Shown here one piece after another: positions 1 to 10,030 of a stretch of DNA of 64,000 nucleotides. The stretch spans positions 4,320,001 through 4,384,000 of the forward strand of contig OY970067.1 in assembly GCA_963705305.1 (NCBI GenBank). Reading direction: 5' to 3'. Both the position numbers and the translations under genes were made by a program. The notes beneath the pieces are model-generated. The model was not told the origin of the DNA. It ran no database searches and worked only from the letters and a program-made list of their open reading frames with translations. The stretch comes from an uncultured Methylomirabilota bacterium. Its GTDB lineage: Bacteria; Methylomirabilota; Methylomirabilia; Methylomirabilales; 2-02-FULL-66-22. How positions within the stretch are numbered: position 1 is the stretch's first letter; the number at the start of each line of letters is the position of its first letter.

Positions 1-223
1 GGAAAGGAAGATGGTCTACATCTCTGAAGAGGCTCATGGACGGCTCAAGCTCTTGGCCGCCCGCCGCAATCGGCCAATGGGGGAGCTCGTCGACGAGCTG
101 GTCGCGCAAGAGCTGGCCGACCTCGTCAACCCCTGGACCGGTCCCGAGGGCCTGATGCTCCAGCAGAGCATCTTGGCGCGGATCTGGGATGATCCCGCCT
201 TGGATGTGTATGACCATGATTGA
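1..223 (+). CDS. Putative RHH/CopG-like antitoxin (start lies 7 nt before the window), partner of MazF-1
   Basis: Small ORF overlapping a MazF gene, N-terminal RHH-like 'MVYISEEAHGRLKLLAA'; full copy at 14814-15044. Confidence 0.7.
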   Translation, partial: ERKMVYISEEAHGRLKLLAARRNRPMGELVDELVAQELADLVNPWTGPEGLMLQQSILARIWDDPALDVYDHD

Positions 224-587
224 GCTCCGGCGGGGTGACGTCGTCCTCGTAAGCTTTCCATTCGTCATCCCCAACCATACCCAGCGGAAGCGACGGCCGG
301 CCGTGGTCGTTCAGTCCGATCGGTACAACCGCCGGCGAGCGGCCGTTATCGTCGCCGCCATCACCAGTACCCAGGGCTACGCCCACCTTCCCTGCAAGCT
401 CCTGGTGGCGAAAGACACGCCTGAGGGCCGCGAGGCCGGTCTCCGCCTGGATAGCGTGGTAGACTGCCAGACCCTGGCCACGATCCCCCGAGGGGAGATC
501 GTCCGCCGTCTCGGCAGATTTCCCCAGGACGTGATGCGTCGTCTGGACCAAGCCCTCCAGGACGCGCTGGGCTTGCCAGTGGTCTGA
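210..587 (+). CDS. mazF: MazF/PemK family toxin (type 1, copy 1)
   Basis: RRGDVVLVSFPF...KRRPAVVVQSD...VAAITS...GLRLDSVVDCQTLATI PemK motifs. Confidence 0.9.
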   Translation: MTMIELRRGDVVLVSFPFVIPNHTQRKRRPAVVVQSDRYNRRRAAVIVAAITSTQGYAHLPCKLLVAKDTPEGREAGLRLDSVVDCQTLATIPRGEIVRRLGRFPQDVMRRLDQALQDALGLPVV

Positions 588-740
588 AATGCTGGCGAGG
601 AGTGTACGATTGGACGCCTGGGCGAACCTACCGTCCGCTGGCAGATTGGAAGCCGACAGGGACGCGTTGGAGTATGCACGGATGGGATGGGGAGGGGCGG
701 CGTCAGATTTGGGACTGGCGGAGAGAGGAAGACAAGCAGC

Positions 741-771
741 AAATAAGGTAATTACGGTTACAACGTCCCCC
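741..771 (+). repeat. Cassette-boundary site, subtype A
   Basis: aaataaggtaattacggttacaacgtccccc. Confidence 0.9.
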
Positions 772-845
772 CGACGCTAGTTGGGGTCAGAGCTGTGCGG
801 ATAAATATGCTGTACATTGTTGACCGAACCCTGATGGAGCATTTC

Positions 846-1025
846 TTTGCGACCTTTGCGTCTTGGCGTGAGAATATTCCGGGTCTCTCTCCATTTCGCA
901 TTTCGAACTTCAAATTTCGAATTTTCCTTTGCGCCTCTGCCCCCCCCACTCGCCCCTGCGCCTCTTCGCCTCAGCGCCTCTACGGCCCCCTTCCCTTTAC
1001 CCTTTGCCCTTTGCCCTACGCCACA
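846..1025 (+). repeat. Composite low-complexity linker (9-mer motif, atttcga 7-mers, cgcctctn 8-mers, tgccctt 7-mers)
   Basis: ctttgcgac ctttgcgtc ttggcgtga; atttcgc atttcga acttcaa atttcga; cgcccctg cgcctctt cgcctcag cgcctcta; ttccctt taccctt tgccctt tgcccta. Confidence 0.75.
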
Positions 1026-1056
1026 GGATACGGTCAATAATGTCGCAACGTCCCCT
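1026..1056 (+). repeat. Cassette-boundary site, subtype B
   Basis: ggatacggtcaataatgtcgcaacgtcccct. Confidence 0.9.
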
Positions 1057-1207
1057 AGACCGAGTGGCGGAGAGTACCTCCCGGAGAGCGATCCATGTCC
1101 GGGCGATCGGCCGCTTCCCGCGGCGTTCGGAGAGGGTCCCGGGATGCAGTTTCCCCTTGCTGGCACGTCGGGATGGCGCTACACTATGGGCACCCTGGAG
1201 GTGCTAC

Positions 1208-1531
1208 ATGAGTGTAACCACGCACAGAACCCGGACCAAGGCAACGTCGCAGCGGGAGGCGGCGCCCATGGCCTCCCGGATTGTCCGCCGGAGCTTTGCG
1301 CTTCCCCGGCACATCGTCATGGAGGCCACGGCAGTGGCCCCGGCTGAGCTGCAGACCAACCTCAACCGGCTCGTCACGACCGCGCTAGAAGAGTACACGG
1401 CCACCCGCAAACAGCAGGCCTTTGCAGCCGCCATGGCCGCCATGGCGGCGGACCCTGCGGTCACCCGCGTCTCCAGCGACCTCCTGGCGGTCTTTCGCAC
1501 GACCGAGGTGGACGGCCTCCCCGATGATTAG
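1208..1531 (+). CDS. Putative RHH-like antitoxin of MazF-2 (copy 1)
   Basis: GGAGGTG RBS, ATG 1208, overlaps downstream MazF start. Confidence 0.7.
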   Translation: MSVTTHRTRTKATSQREAAPMASRIVRRSFALPRHIVMEATAVAPAELQTNLNRLVTTALEEYTATRKQQAFAAAMAAMAADPAVTRVSSDLLAVFRTTEVDGLPDD

Positions 1532-1886
1532 CCGCGGCCAGATCTACCGCGTCAACCTCAATCCCGTCCATGGCCGCGAGCAGAAGGGGATGCGCCCCGT
1601 CCTGGTCGTCTCCGCCGATGCCATCAACCGTCAGCCGCTCGTCGTGACCGTCGTGGCAGGCACGGACGCGACCACCGTGCCCCGCGACTACCCGACGAAC
1701 GTCCGGGTGCCGGCCCGCGAGAGCGGCTTGCCGAAGGACACGGTCTTCCTGTGCTTCCAGCTCCGAACCCTCGATCCGACGCGCTTCCAGGATCCTCGCA
1801 CCGGCCAGGTGACGCCGGTGGGCCAGCTCCCGGCGGCGCGCATGGCCGAGGTCGATACAGCGCTCCGCGCCGTGCTGAGCTTCTAG
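1524..1886 (+). CDS. mazF: MazF/PemK family toxin (type 2, copy 1)
   Basis: RGQIYRVNLNPVHGREQKGMRPVLVVS...ESGLPKDTVFLCFQLRTLD. Confidence 0.92.
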   Translation: MISRGQIYRVNLNPVHGREQKGMRPVLVVSADAINRQPLVVTVVAGTDATTVPRDYPTNVRVPARESGLPKDTVFLCFQLRTLDPTRFQDPRTGQVTPVGQLPAARMAEVDTALRAVLSF

Positions 1887-2260
1887 GAGCCTGGAGAGCG
1901 CCAACAAGTCTGTGGTCGCCGAATCATGCCGGCGGGACCGTTCCGCGAATAGCCCCTCCTCTTGCGTTTCAGCGCCTGATCCTACGTCCGTGCGCGATGG
2001 CACGGAGCTGGCCGACCTGACCGGCCAGGCATTGTGCCCCAAGACGGCTTGTGAAACGAGGCCCTATCGGCAATCCCACGTCTCCCCCGTGCCGGCGGAT
2101 CGCCCTCGACCGCGAGAACCGCCTCGACGCTCATCTAGCCGCTTTCTCCCGAGCGTCGCGGGAGCGGAGAAGGGCATGCGGACGGCGGTCGTCAGGAGCG
2201 GCAGGCGGGAAGGGGGGGGATCGGACTCAGGGACTTGAGGGAGGCCCGGAAGGGTGGCGG

Positions 2261-2291
2261 CAACAAGGTAATTAAGGTTACAACGTCCCCT
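2261..2291 (+). repeat. Cassette-boundary site, subtype A
   Basis: caacaaggtaattaaggttacaacgtcccct. Confidence 0.9.
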
Positions 2292-2902
2292 CGGCCTTGT
2301 TCCCCTCCATCAGGGGCACGTGTTTGTGGGCCGCCGCGTGGAAGAGGACCTCGGGCAGGTGCTCCTCCAGGACAGCCGTCATCCGCGCCTCGTCGGTGAC
2401 ATCGGCGATCACGGGGTGGAGGACGAGCTTCGGGACCTTGTCCCGCAGCTCCAGCTCCACGAAGAAGAGGCCGTTCTCGGACCGGTCCAAAAGGACCAGC
2501 TCGGCCGGCTCGAACCGGGCGATCTGGCGGCACAGCTCCGACCCGATGGAGCCGCCCGCCCCCGTCACCAGGACCCGCTTCCCGGACACGAACTGCTCCA
2601 CCTCGGCCTGGTCGATGCGGACCGGCTCGCGCCGCAGGAGGTCCGCGATGTTCAGCCGGCGGGGCCTCACCGCCAGGGCCGGGCTGTCCGTCAGCTCGCG
2701 CAGGTTGGGGATCGTCTTGAACTCCACCTGGGCGGACCGGCAGGCCCCGATGATCCGGCGCATCTGCTCGCCGGTGGCCGAGGGGATGGCGATCAAGAGC
2801 TCGTGGATCGCATGCGTGTGGCACAACCCGGGCAGCTCGTCGATCGTCCCCAGCACCTTCTTGCCGTGGATGCGCCGGCCCTGCCTGGCCGGATCGTCGT
2901 CC
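2289..2902 (-). pseudogene. Internal fragment of a capD/pglF-like dehydratase allele (copy 1)
   Basis: Colinear with 22268-22881 with scattered substitutions; begins exactly at the site 3' end. Confidence 0.9.
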
Positions 2903-2943
2903 GCGGGCCCCACCGTACCGTCCGTCCCTCTCCTCGGAAGGTC

Positions 2944-2971
2944 TTGACATGTGTTGTCAGATCTGCCAACA
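2944..2971 (+). promoter_or_regulatory. -35 box and palindromic operator upstream of higBA
   Basis: TTGACA at 2944; near-perfect palindrome tgttgtcagatctgccaaca 2952-2971. Confidence 0.55.
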
Positions 2972-3008
2972 TCGCAATTACCGGCGGCCCAAGGGAAGGC
3001 AAGATACG

Positions 3009-3355
3009 ATGACTCGGAAGACACGACCAATTTCGTGGGTCAGCGCGGCGCTCAGGGAATTCCAGGCGTTCCCGGAGGGGGCCAAGGCGATTTGTCTTGC
3101 CGCTCTCACGGTGGCCGCTGAAAACGAGAAAGCTGACATTGCGAGCCGATGCACGGCATGGGCGCGGGTGTATTTGAGATCGCTCTGCGGTTTCGGAGCA
3201 ATGCGTTTCGAGTCGTCTATCCCGTGCAGCTTGGAGACGACATCTGGGTGCTCCATGCGTTCGAGAAGAAATCGAAGCGGGGCGCCAAAACTCCGGGGGG
3301 CGAAATCGATTTGATTAAGAACCGCCTGAAGAGATTGAGGGAGATGTTGCCATGA
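3009..3355 (+). pseudogene. higB: RelE/HigB (Gp49-like) toxin, frameshifted near 3144 (copy 1)
   Basis: MTRKTRPISW...KADIA in one frame continues as MHGMGAGVFEI...HAFEKKSK in another; gcgagccg lacks one A. Confidence 0.8.
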
Positions 3356-3672
3356 AAACAAAGGGGGAAGTTATGCGCGGCAGCGGGAATGTTTTCCGCG
3401 ACTTGGGCCGTGAGACCGCGGATATTGAGCAGTTCAAGGCAATCCTGGCCGCGGAAATCATTAAGACCCTCAACCGGGAGCGCTTGACCGTGCGGGCCGC
3501 GCAGGCGCGCACGGGCATTGCTGCGGCCGATTTCTCGCGCATTCGGAACACGGACCTCGGCCGGTTCACCGCCGACCGCCTCATGGCGACCCTCAACCGA
3601 CTCGGGGCGCGGGTGGAGGTCAAGGTCAGGGTGCGGCGCGCCGAACCTGTCGCGCACCGCGCCACAGCCTAG
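3352..3672 (+). CDS. higA: XRE HTH antitoxin (HigA-like, copy 1)
   Basis: GSGNVFRDLG...HTH...FTADRLMATLNRLG; overlaps toxin stop. Confidence 0.85.
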   Translation: MKTKGEVMRGSGNVFRDLGRETADIEQFKAILAAEIIKTLNRERLTVRAAQARTGIAAADFSRIRNTDLGRFTADRLMATLNRLGARVEVKVRVRRAEPVAHRATA

Positions 3673-3780
3673 CTGTCACGTTGGCTCGTTCACTGCGCAG
3701 CGCAAAGGCTGAAGACGGCGGTGGGCTGGCAGGGGCAGCGGAGTCAGGGGTGAGCAGAGGCTGGAAGGAGGGGAGTTGGA

Positions 3781-3811
3781 AAATAAAGTCAATAATGTCG
3801 CAACGTCCCCT
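3781..3811 (+). repeat. Cassette-boundary site, subtype B
   Basis: aaataaagtcaataatgtcgcaacgtcccct. Confidence 0.9.
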
Positions 3812-3896
3812 AAACGTTCTGCCGTTCGACGTTCCACGTGCTCCGCTCGATGTTCCTAACCGCCGCACGTCGAACCGCAGCACGTCGAACCGTCTC

Positions 3897-4280
3897 CTAC
3901 CGCAGCACCCCGGAGGCCCAGCCGAGGATCCCGAGGCCCGCACCGGCAGTATCCAGCAGCACGTCCCACGGGGTGCCGTGGCGGCCAGGCACGAAGGTCT
4001 GGTGCCACTCGTCCAGTCCCCCCACCGCCATTGCCGTCGCCAAGGCGCAGGCGATGACCAGCGTTCGCTGCCGGCCGTTGCCATTCGTCGCAGATCGGGA
4101 CAGCAGCCAGCCGAGGACCGCGTACTCCGCCAGGTGGATGCTTTTTCGAAGAAGCAGGCGCAGCACGTCCCCGTCCCGCATGGGGAGCGCGTGGGACGAG
4201 CCAATCAGAAAAATAACGCCAACCCAGATGAGCGTGAGCATCCAGAGTCGGCGGCGATCGGTTACCGTCGCAATCTGCAT
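3897..4280 (-). CDS. vanZ: VanZ family membrane protein
   Basis: RKSIHLAEYAVLG...DEWHQTFVPGRHGTPWDVLLDTAG. Confidence 0.85.
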   Translation of the reverse strand: MQIATVTDRRRLWMLTLIWVGVIFLIGSSHALPMRDGDVLRLLLRKSIHLAEYAVLGWLLSRSATNGNGRQRTLVIACALATAMAVGGLDEWHQTFVPGRHGTPWDVLLDTAGAGLGILGWASGVLR

Positions 4281-4416
4281 TTGGCAATCTGACCTTCGCC
4301 TGGAGATGCAGTCAAAAAGCGTATACTGGGGCCTGCTCCAGGCGAGATAATCTCCGTCCCGCTATCCTGCACGGCCTGAAGGAGTTCCTCAACAGAGACC
4401 TCCCCCTCGCTCAGCC

Positions 4417-4764
4417 TTAGATGTAGAGAAGTTGGTCCGCCACCTCGGAGGCTGCCAACCGCGTGAGGAGGCGGCCCACTCTCGCCACTATCTCCGTCGG
4501 TAGACGCCGGCGGGCAATGATGATGCCTGTATGGTGCCTGCCCACCCCCAGCCACTCGCTGTGAAGGCGTTCGAAGTCGGCACGGTTGTGCGTCAGCAGG
4601 GCCCGCCGCATCCTCGTGGCATGCGCCAGCTGCTCGTTGTCGGAGAGACCCAGTTGTCCAAGGTCGCGGGTGGTCACCGCATCAAAACCGCGGCCCCGCA
4701 GGATAGCGGCGACGACGACCGAGACATCTTCGTCGAGGTAGAGGGCGGCAGGGGGATCAGGCAT
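4417..4764 (-). CDS. DUF5615 PIN-like toxin
   Basis: LYLDEDVS...LSDNEQL...LLTHNRADF...HTGII. Confidence 0.85.
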   Translation of the reverse strand: MPDPPAALYLDEDVSVVVAAILRGRGFDAVTTRDLGQLGLSDNEQLAHATRMRRALLTHNRADFERLHSEWLGVGRHHTGIIIARRRLPTEIVARVGRLLTRLAASEVADQLLYI

Positions 4765-5041
4765 CGGGGCGGGATGCCGGGTGGGCTAGCTCGTCCGGAA
4801 CCTCATTGCGCTCGGTGTGCAGATCGATTTCCCCCTGGTGATCCGCATAGTAACTGAGCGCATCAAAGACCTGCGCTAGGGTCAGGTAGGGAAAGTGCAC
4901 GGGAATCTCTTCGGGCGTCACGCCCCCCCGCCAGAGACCCACCACGGCTCGCACGGGAACGCGGGTGCCCTGGATGACCGGCTCGCCCCCGAGGATACTG
5001 TCGTCCCGGATGATGTACCGATGTTCCGTGGCAACGACCAT
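4757..5041 (-). CDS. DUF433 antitoxin
   Basis: ILGGEPVIQGTRVPV...LTLAQVFDALSYY. Confidence 0.88.
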   Translation of the reverse strand: MVVATEHRYIIRDDSILGGEPVIQGTRVPVRAVVGLWRGGVTPEEIPVHFPYLTLAQVFDALSYYADHQGEIDLHTERNEVPDELAHPASRPDA

Positions 5042-5065
5042 ACGCCTTCCCTCCGGCTGCTCCGC

Positions 5066-5093
5066 ATTATAGGCCATCCTGGCCCATTGGCAA
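5066..5093 (-). promoter_or_regulatory. Sigma70-like promoter for the DUF433/DUF5615 pair
   Basis: Minus strand TTGCCA-16 bp-TATAAT. Confidence 0.65.
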
Positions 5094-5316
5094 GTCTCTT
5101 CCTACCGCGGCCCCTCTCGCTCGCTGAAGCCTGGCGGCTCTCTGCGTCCGTCGCCGCCTTGACCGGGTGGCGCCCGGGTTGCGCACGTAGGCGAGATCCA
5201 CCGCAGGCGTAGGGCTTGCCGCGCAGCTTTCCGACCCGATCGTGCGGCGACAGCGGACGAGCGGAGAAAGGCATGCGGACGGCGGTCGTCAGGAGCGGCG
5301 GCAGGCAGGGCGGTGA

Positions 5317-5347
5317 CAATAAGGTAATTAAGGTTACAACGTCCCGT
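5317..5347 (+). repeat. Cassette-boundary site, subtype A
   Basis: caataaggtaattaaggttacaacgtcccgt. Confidence 0.9.
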
Positions 5348-5519
5348 CGATGCTTTGGTGGGGAGAGGAGACGGGGAAGTCGGAAGGAGAGAGGGTCGAT
5401 CGGCTTTCGGCGTGTGCGGTGGGGGTGCGTACGGTGGGACGGCAAGGCGCGATCGGAATCAGAGGCGGCTTTGCCCTTTGCCCTGTGCGCTATGCGCTTC
5501 GCCCTTTGCGTTTCAAGGC

Positions 5520-5790
5520 GAGCCAATGAGAAAAATAACGCCGACCCAGGCGAGCGTGCGCGTCCAGAGCCGGCGAGGGTCAGTCAGATTGGAGATCCGC
5601 ATTCGGAGGACCGACGAAAGATATATCCACTACCCTCCAGCTAGAGCCGCTTGGTGCGCCCCAACCTCAAAAATGAGTTGCCACCACGAGCCCGATAGAC
5701 GCACCGGTCAGCGCGACCGCGAAGACTCTGAGCAGTGTATGCCCATGCCGGCCTGGAAACGCTCCTTCGCCCCCGCTTTTCCGATTCTTC
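5520..5790 (-). pseudogene. Fragments of the vanZ 5' end and of the small membrane-protein gene upstream of it
   Basis: Diverged paralogue of ~20580-20840 (...LLRVFAVALTGASIGLVVATHF; ISNLTDPRRLWTRTLAWVGVIFLIG). Confidence 0.65.
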
Positions 5791-5833
5791 CCTACTCGCC
5801 GGCGCCTTCGTCCTCCACACCCTGGTTGATTAC

Positions 5834-6187
5834 CTACGAGGGTGGCGTCGAGATCCGTATCCGTCCGCCGCGGACCGTGATGATCATTCCACCCGTGAGG
5901 GCGTCTTCATGTCGTTCCAGAACCTGCGCCATCAGCTCAATGCGTTGCTTCGCCGGAACATCGGGCAAGCGGACGATGCCGCGGTGTGGCGCTGCCTCGA
6001 GAAAGACCAGTTCGCCGAAGTCTGTGTCGATCGTGACGAGAATGCGCTCTTCGCTCGCGGCCCACTGGAGCAGCACCCGATCCCCAGGATCGTGTCCGCG
6101 CACCCGGGACTCGAGGACGTCATGCCCCTGCCCACGGAGCCAGTCGGCGAGTCGCCGGCCGGCACACCGGTCCACCAGGAATCTCAC
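5834..6187 (-). CDS. DUF5615 PIN-like toxin
   Basis: RFLVDRC...GHDV...ILVTIDTDFGEL...HRGIVRL. Confidence 0.88.
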   Translation of the reverse strand: MRFLVDRCAGRRLADWLRGQGHDVLESRVRGHDPGDRVLLQWAASEERILVTIDTDFGELVFLEAAPHRGIVRLPDVPAKQRIELMAQVLERHEDALTGGMIITVRGGRIRISTPPS

Positions 6188-6432
6188 TGCCCGGCCACCC
6201 GGACCGCATCGAGGGTATCGTTGGCGATCACGGCGCGCGCGTACGAGAGGCACGCGCGGATGTCGTCGGGTTCCAGATCGGGATACTCAGCGAGAATATC
6301 CTGCACCGACTCACCCTGAGCGAGCAGGCTCAGAATGAGTTCCACAGAAATTCGCATCCCGCGGATAATCGGTTTCCCGCCGAAGATTTCCGGGTTCGCA
6401 ACGATTCGCCTGAGAAGCTCTGGATCTGTCAT
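6184..6432 (-). CDS. DUF433 antitoxin
   Basis: NPEIFGGKPIIRGMRISV...EYPDLEPDDIRACLSYA. Confidence 0.9.
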   Translation of the reverse strand: MTDPELLRRIVANPEIFGGKPIIRGMRISVELILSLLAQGESVQDILAEYPDLEPDDIRACLSYARAVIANDTLDAVRVAGQ

Positions 6433-6673
6433 GGTCTCACCACCCCTCCACGGAGCATTCCGGCAGAGTGTCACAGCGCCCATAGTATACCATCAATCCG
6501 CCGGTTTTCCTGGTTTTTGCCCTGAGCGCGGAAACCCTAACCCGCAACGGTCCGACCCTCGACGCTTCGGATGGAACGCGGTAAGAGGAGAGGGGTCGGA
6601 ATATCTGGGTGGCGGGACGGCAGGGCGCGATCGAGGTCAGGGGTGAACGGAGGCTGGAAGGAGGGGAGCTGGA

Positions 6674-6704
6674 AAATAAAGTCAATAATGTCGCAACGTC
6701 CCCT
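6674..6704 (+). repeat. Cassette-boundary site, subtype B
   Basis: aaataaagtcaataatgtcgcaacgtcccct. Confidence 0.9.
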
Positions 6705-6974
6705 CGACGCATTGGTGGGGAGAGGAGACGGGGAAGTCGGAAGGAGAGGGGGTCGATCGGCTTTCGGCGTGTGCGGTGGCGGTGCGTACGATGGCACGGC
6801 AGGGCGCGATCGGAATCAGAAGCGGCTTTGCCCTTTGCCCTGTGCGCTATGCCTTTTGCGCTACGCTCTTCGCTTTTCGCACTGTGTCCCTTGCCGCAGA
6901 GCCCCCCTCGTGGTAGGCTCACGCCAGCATCCCGGGCAAACGATCAGCCGTGCAACTGCCTGGAGGAGTTGGCC

Positions 6975-7226
6975 ATGAAACCAAAGAGGCCCGCACCTGT
7001 CGAGATCGCGCCTCGCATCGCGGTGAATTCGCGGGTACGATTCGGGCAGCCCGTGATCAAGGGAACGCGGGTCCCCGTGGCCGTGGTCTTGGATGAAATG
7101 GCGGCGGGGACCGCCATCGAAGATATCACACGGGAATACGGCATCACGCGTGATGATGTGCGTGCGGTGTTTCGCTACGCCGCCAAGGTACTGGGTACCG
7201 AGGAAGTCAGGGCAGCGAGCCGGTGA
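6975..7226 (+). CDS. DUF433 antitoxin
   Basis: GGAGGAG RBS; RFGQPVIKGTRVPV...EYGITRDDVRAVFRYA. Confidence 0.88.
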   Translation: MKPKRPAPVEIAPRIAVNSRVRFGQPVIKGTRVPVAVVLDEMAAGTAIEDITREYGITRDDVRAVFRYAAKVLGTEEVRAASR

Positions 7227-7591
7227 TCCGCTTTCTGATTGACGCGGACCTCCCCCGGTCCGTTTCCGCCGCCCTGCGGGAGCGTGGTTTCCTGGCTGAT
7301 GATGTGCGGGATCTGGACCTCGGCACAGCGACCGACAACGTCATACTTCACTATGCACGGACCCACGCCTACACTCTGGTATCGGCTGATAAAGGGTTTA
7401 CAAACCTCGTGCGATACCCTCTGGGCTCCCATTGCGGGATCGTTGTCGCACGATTTTCCCCGCATACTTCCGCGCGGATGAAAACCCGCCTCCTGGTCCG
7501 GTGGCTTCCCACTCTGCAGGATGAGGACGTGGCGGGAAGCCTCTTGATCGTCCAGCCAAAAGGCATCCGGATCCGGCGTGCAAAACAATAA
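7223..7591 (+). CDS. DUF5615 PIN-like toxin
   Basis: RFLIDADLP...ATDNVI...LVSADKGF...HCGIVV. Confidence 0.88.
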   Translation: MIRFLIDADLPRSVSAALRERGFLADDVRDLDLGTATDNVILHYARTHAYTLVSADKGFTNLVRYPLGSHCGIVVARFSPHTSARMKTRLLVRWLPTLQDEDVAGSLLIVQPKGIRIRRAKQ

Positions 7592-7906
7592 CGCCGGCCG
7601 GGCGATAGTAAGCAGCCCGAGCCGGCGCAGATCAGTCAGCCGTCAGAGCGGTATTCCCGCAGCAATAGAGCAATGAAAATACCCGAGAAACTCTTTTGCG
7701 GCTGAGGCATCCCGGCCCAGTCGCAAGGTTCTTCCTGCGGCCGCTCCTCTTCCTCAGCACCCCTGCTCCCTTGCGCCCTTGCGCCTCCGCCCCATGCCAT
7801 ATGCTCTGTGCCCTCTGCCCTTTGCTATCCGGACCGCAGGCTGACCCCTGACCGCTGGCTACTAGTCTTTGCGCCATGCTCTTTGCTCTTCGCCCTGTGC
7901 GCTTCA

Positions 7907-7937
7907 CAATATGGACCATGGCTGCTTGACGTCATGG
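7907..7937 (+). repeat. Possible highly degenerate boundary site
   Basis: caatatgg...acgtc at the spacing of subtype A; ends a ~200-bp linker shared with 14405-14640, which also ends in a site. Confidence 0.4.
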
Positions 7938-7958
7938 CGGTTCCGAACGTTTCGCAAT

Positions 7959-8399
7959 TCAACGCGAGGAGGTCCGACGAACAGGTCCCGGCGCGAGTGT
8001 AAATCCGGCCGCCGCAAAGTGTGAATCAAATGCAAAGGCCTGCGTGATGTGTTCCTGGCGCATCAGCGCAAAGCTCGTCCCATCCACAAAGCTGAAAGCG
8101 TGGTCCGCATACTTCTGAAGCAGGTCATAGGCTTGCCGCTCCAGCGGCTCCGTGATGACCATCCGCTCAAGTCGGCGGCCCTGTCCCAGGGCGTCTATGA
8201 ACCGCCAGGCAGGGTCATAACCCGCAGCATACCGAAGGAGCGTGTAGGTCTCGCCGATCACCAGGTTCGACGTGACCAGTGTGCAATCCTCCCTGGTCAG
8301 TGCCATCAGCGTGCGTGCCGCTCGCTGGTGGTGCGCGTCATCGGTCGCCTGGATCGCGAACCACGCCCCCGTGTCGACAAAGATCCGACGGATCGTCAC
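7959..8399 (-). CDS. vapC: VapC PIN-domain toxin
   Basis: IFVDTGAW...TSNLVIGETYT...FSFVDGTSFALMR...AFAFDSHF. Confidence 0.92.
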   Translation of the reverse strand: MTIRRIFVDTGAWFAIQATDDAHHQRAARTLMALTREDCTLVTSNLVIGETYTLLRYAAGYDPAWRFIDALGQGRRLERMVITEPLERQAYDLLQKYADHAFSFVDGTSFALMRQEHITQAFAFDSHFAAAGFTLAPGPVRRTSSR

Positions 8400-8644
8400 T
8401 GCCTCCTCCCCCGCCGAACGCCCAGGAGGCAGGCGTCATGAAGCCGGGACACATCTCTCCGGCCGACCCGGCCTGCCTGACCCGCCAAGCTGGCAATCGG
8501 ATTGTCGGACTGTTCCGCGGCCGTACGGAGGACGATATCGACACCACGGCGAACCAGGCTCGTCTTGGAGACGCGCATACGGCGCGCAGCCTCCTCCAGT
8601 TTTCGGTCCTGCTCTTCGGTTAAAAGAACCTGCACACGGGTCAT
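8396..8644 (-). CDS. CopG/RHH antitoxin (VapB-like)
   Basis: MTRVQVLLTEEQDRKLEEAARRMRVSKTSLVRRGV; overlaps vapC start. Confidence 0.82.
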   Translation of the reverse strand: MTRVQVLLTEEQDRKLEEAARRMRVSKTSLVRRGVDIVLRTAAEQSDNPIASLAGQAGRVGRRDVSRLHDACLLGVRRGRRQ

Positions 8645-8931
8645 TGCCTCCTCCGTCCTATTTGTCCTTGAACCGAATCCAGCCGGGCCCTTCTTGGCGC
8701 ATCGGCGGCAAGAGGCTTCCGGGATAGAGCTAATTGTGTAACTATTGTCTAGTATTACACATCCAATGAACACAGTCAACCCGCAACTCGGCGCGCCATC
8801 TGACCGCAGATGAGGATTCGGAGAAACTGAGGCGGGTCGTGAAGGGGGACGGCTGAAGCGGGATCGGAATCAGGAGGGGCCGCGCTTGGCGCTCTGCTCT
8901 ATGCTCTTCGCCCTTTGCGCTGTGCGTTTCA

Positions 8932-8962
8932 CAATAAGGTAATTAAGGTTACAACGTCCCCT
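8932..8962 (+). repeat. Cassette-boundary site, subtype A
   Basis: caataaggtaattaaggttacaacgtcccct, in phase with the upstream heptamer tract. Confidence 0.9.
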
Positions 8963-9154
8963 CGACGTGACCGACCTGACCAGCTCCGGCCGCTGGGCGG
9001 TGATCGCCGCCTGCGGAGTCCCCTCCGCAACCGCACCCGCCCCCACCGCGGCCGATTCCGCGAGCACCGCCTGGGCCGGTGAAGATGGCAACGGAACTTT
9101 CAGAACTGAAAAATCCGGATGGATTTTGTCGGTAAGGCCGGCATGATCGATGAC

Positions 9155-9400
9155 TCAAAAGATCTTCAGATGCGCGCGGAACACATCGTAGTTTCGCCGC
9201 ATCTCCCCCAGGCTGTCACCCCCGAACTTCTGGATCAACGCCCGGGCCGTCTCGAAGGCCACCACCGCCTCTCCCACCACCCCGGCGGCGGGGACCGCGG
9301 TGATGTCCGTCCGCTCCACGCCCGCCTTGCTGGCCTCCTTGATGACCACGTCCACCGATGCCAGCGGCTTGAGCTGGGTGGAAATAGGCTTCATGGCGCG
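9155..9400 (-). pseudogene. aroC: Chorismate synthase 3' fragment
   Basis: MKPIST...[20 protein letters not shown]...KFGGDSL is the AroC C-terminus. Confidence 0.85.
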
Positions 9401-9457
9401 TCAGGCCTGCGTGCGCAGGGGTATGAGATCATACCGCGCCAGCATGCCTCCCAGAAA

Positions 9458-9489
9458 GCAAAAACGCACCCTGGTGGGTGCGTTTTTGC
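9458..9489. terminator. Putative bidirectional intrinsic terminator
   Basis: Perfect 14-bp stem gcaaaaacgcaccc-tggt-gggtgcgtttttgc. Confidence 0.7.
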
Positions 9490-9518
9490 CTCAGTGAAGC
9501 CCTGGTTTTCTCCGGTGG

Positions 9519-9660
9519 TCAGCTCAATTTCGTCTCTTCCAGGATCGTCGGCGTGATGAAGATGAGCAGTTCGATCTTATCCTGGGGACCGATCGTGTGC
9601 TCTTGAAGAGAGCCCCCAGCAGCGGCACCTGGCTCAGCTAGGGGACCCGGGACTCCGGCC
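9519..9660 (-). pseudogene. pilQ: Secretin (PilQ-like) 3' fragment, frameshifted
   Basis: SQVPLLGALFKST then, in another frame, ELLIFITPTIL. Confidence 0.7.
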
Positions 9661-10030
9661 AGCTGTCGTCGGTTTGCAGGAGGCCGCGATGACAACCGTG
9701 GAGGCGTTGGATACCAGGAACTCATGATGGAAGCGATGGCGAGCGCTGGGTGACGTTACACTCAAAGTCGGTGCCTTCTCACCGTGTCACCAGCCGGGGG
9801 AAGCGCGGTGCGCGTCAATGCGCGTTCCCGAAAGTTCAACGTCTTTCCTCCGGTCCGGAGACTCCCCCGGATTCAGCCTCCTCGCCGGGGATCTACAGAT
9901 CCGCCCGCTCCTTTCCCGGCTCCTGTGATAGGATTATCCGCAGGTTGACGTGGCGGACGGCACTCCTACCAGCCCACGTCGTCTCGGGCGCCCAAACGTA
10001 TCTGGTCCATGGTACAGGGACCAACGAACG

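Noticed and set aside
2278..3030. 250-aa ORF as an intact capD paralogue, and 62744-63265 as an intact gmd
   Set aside because: Termini are read-through into site, heptamer or unrelated DNA; only internal or 3' fragments are homologous.
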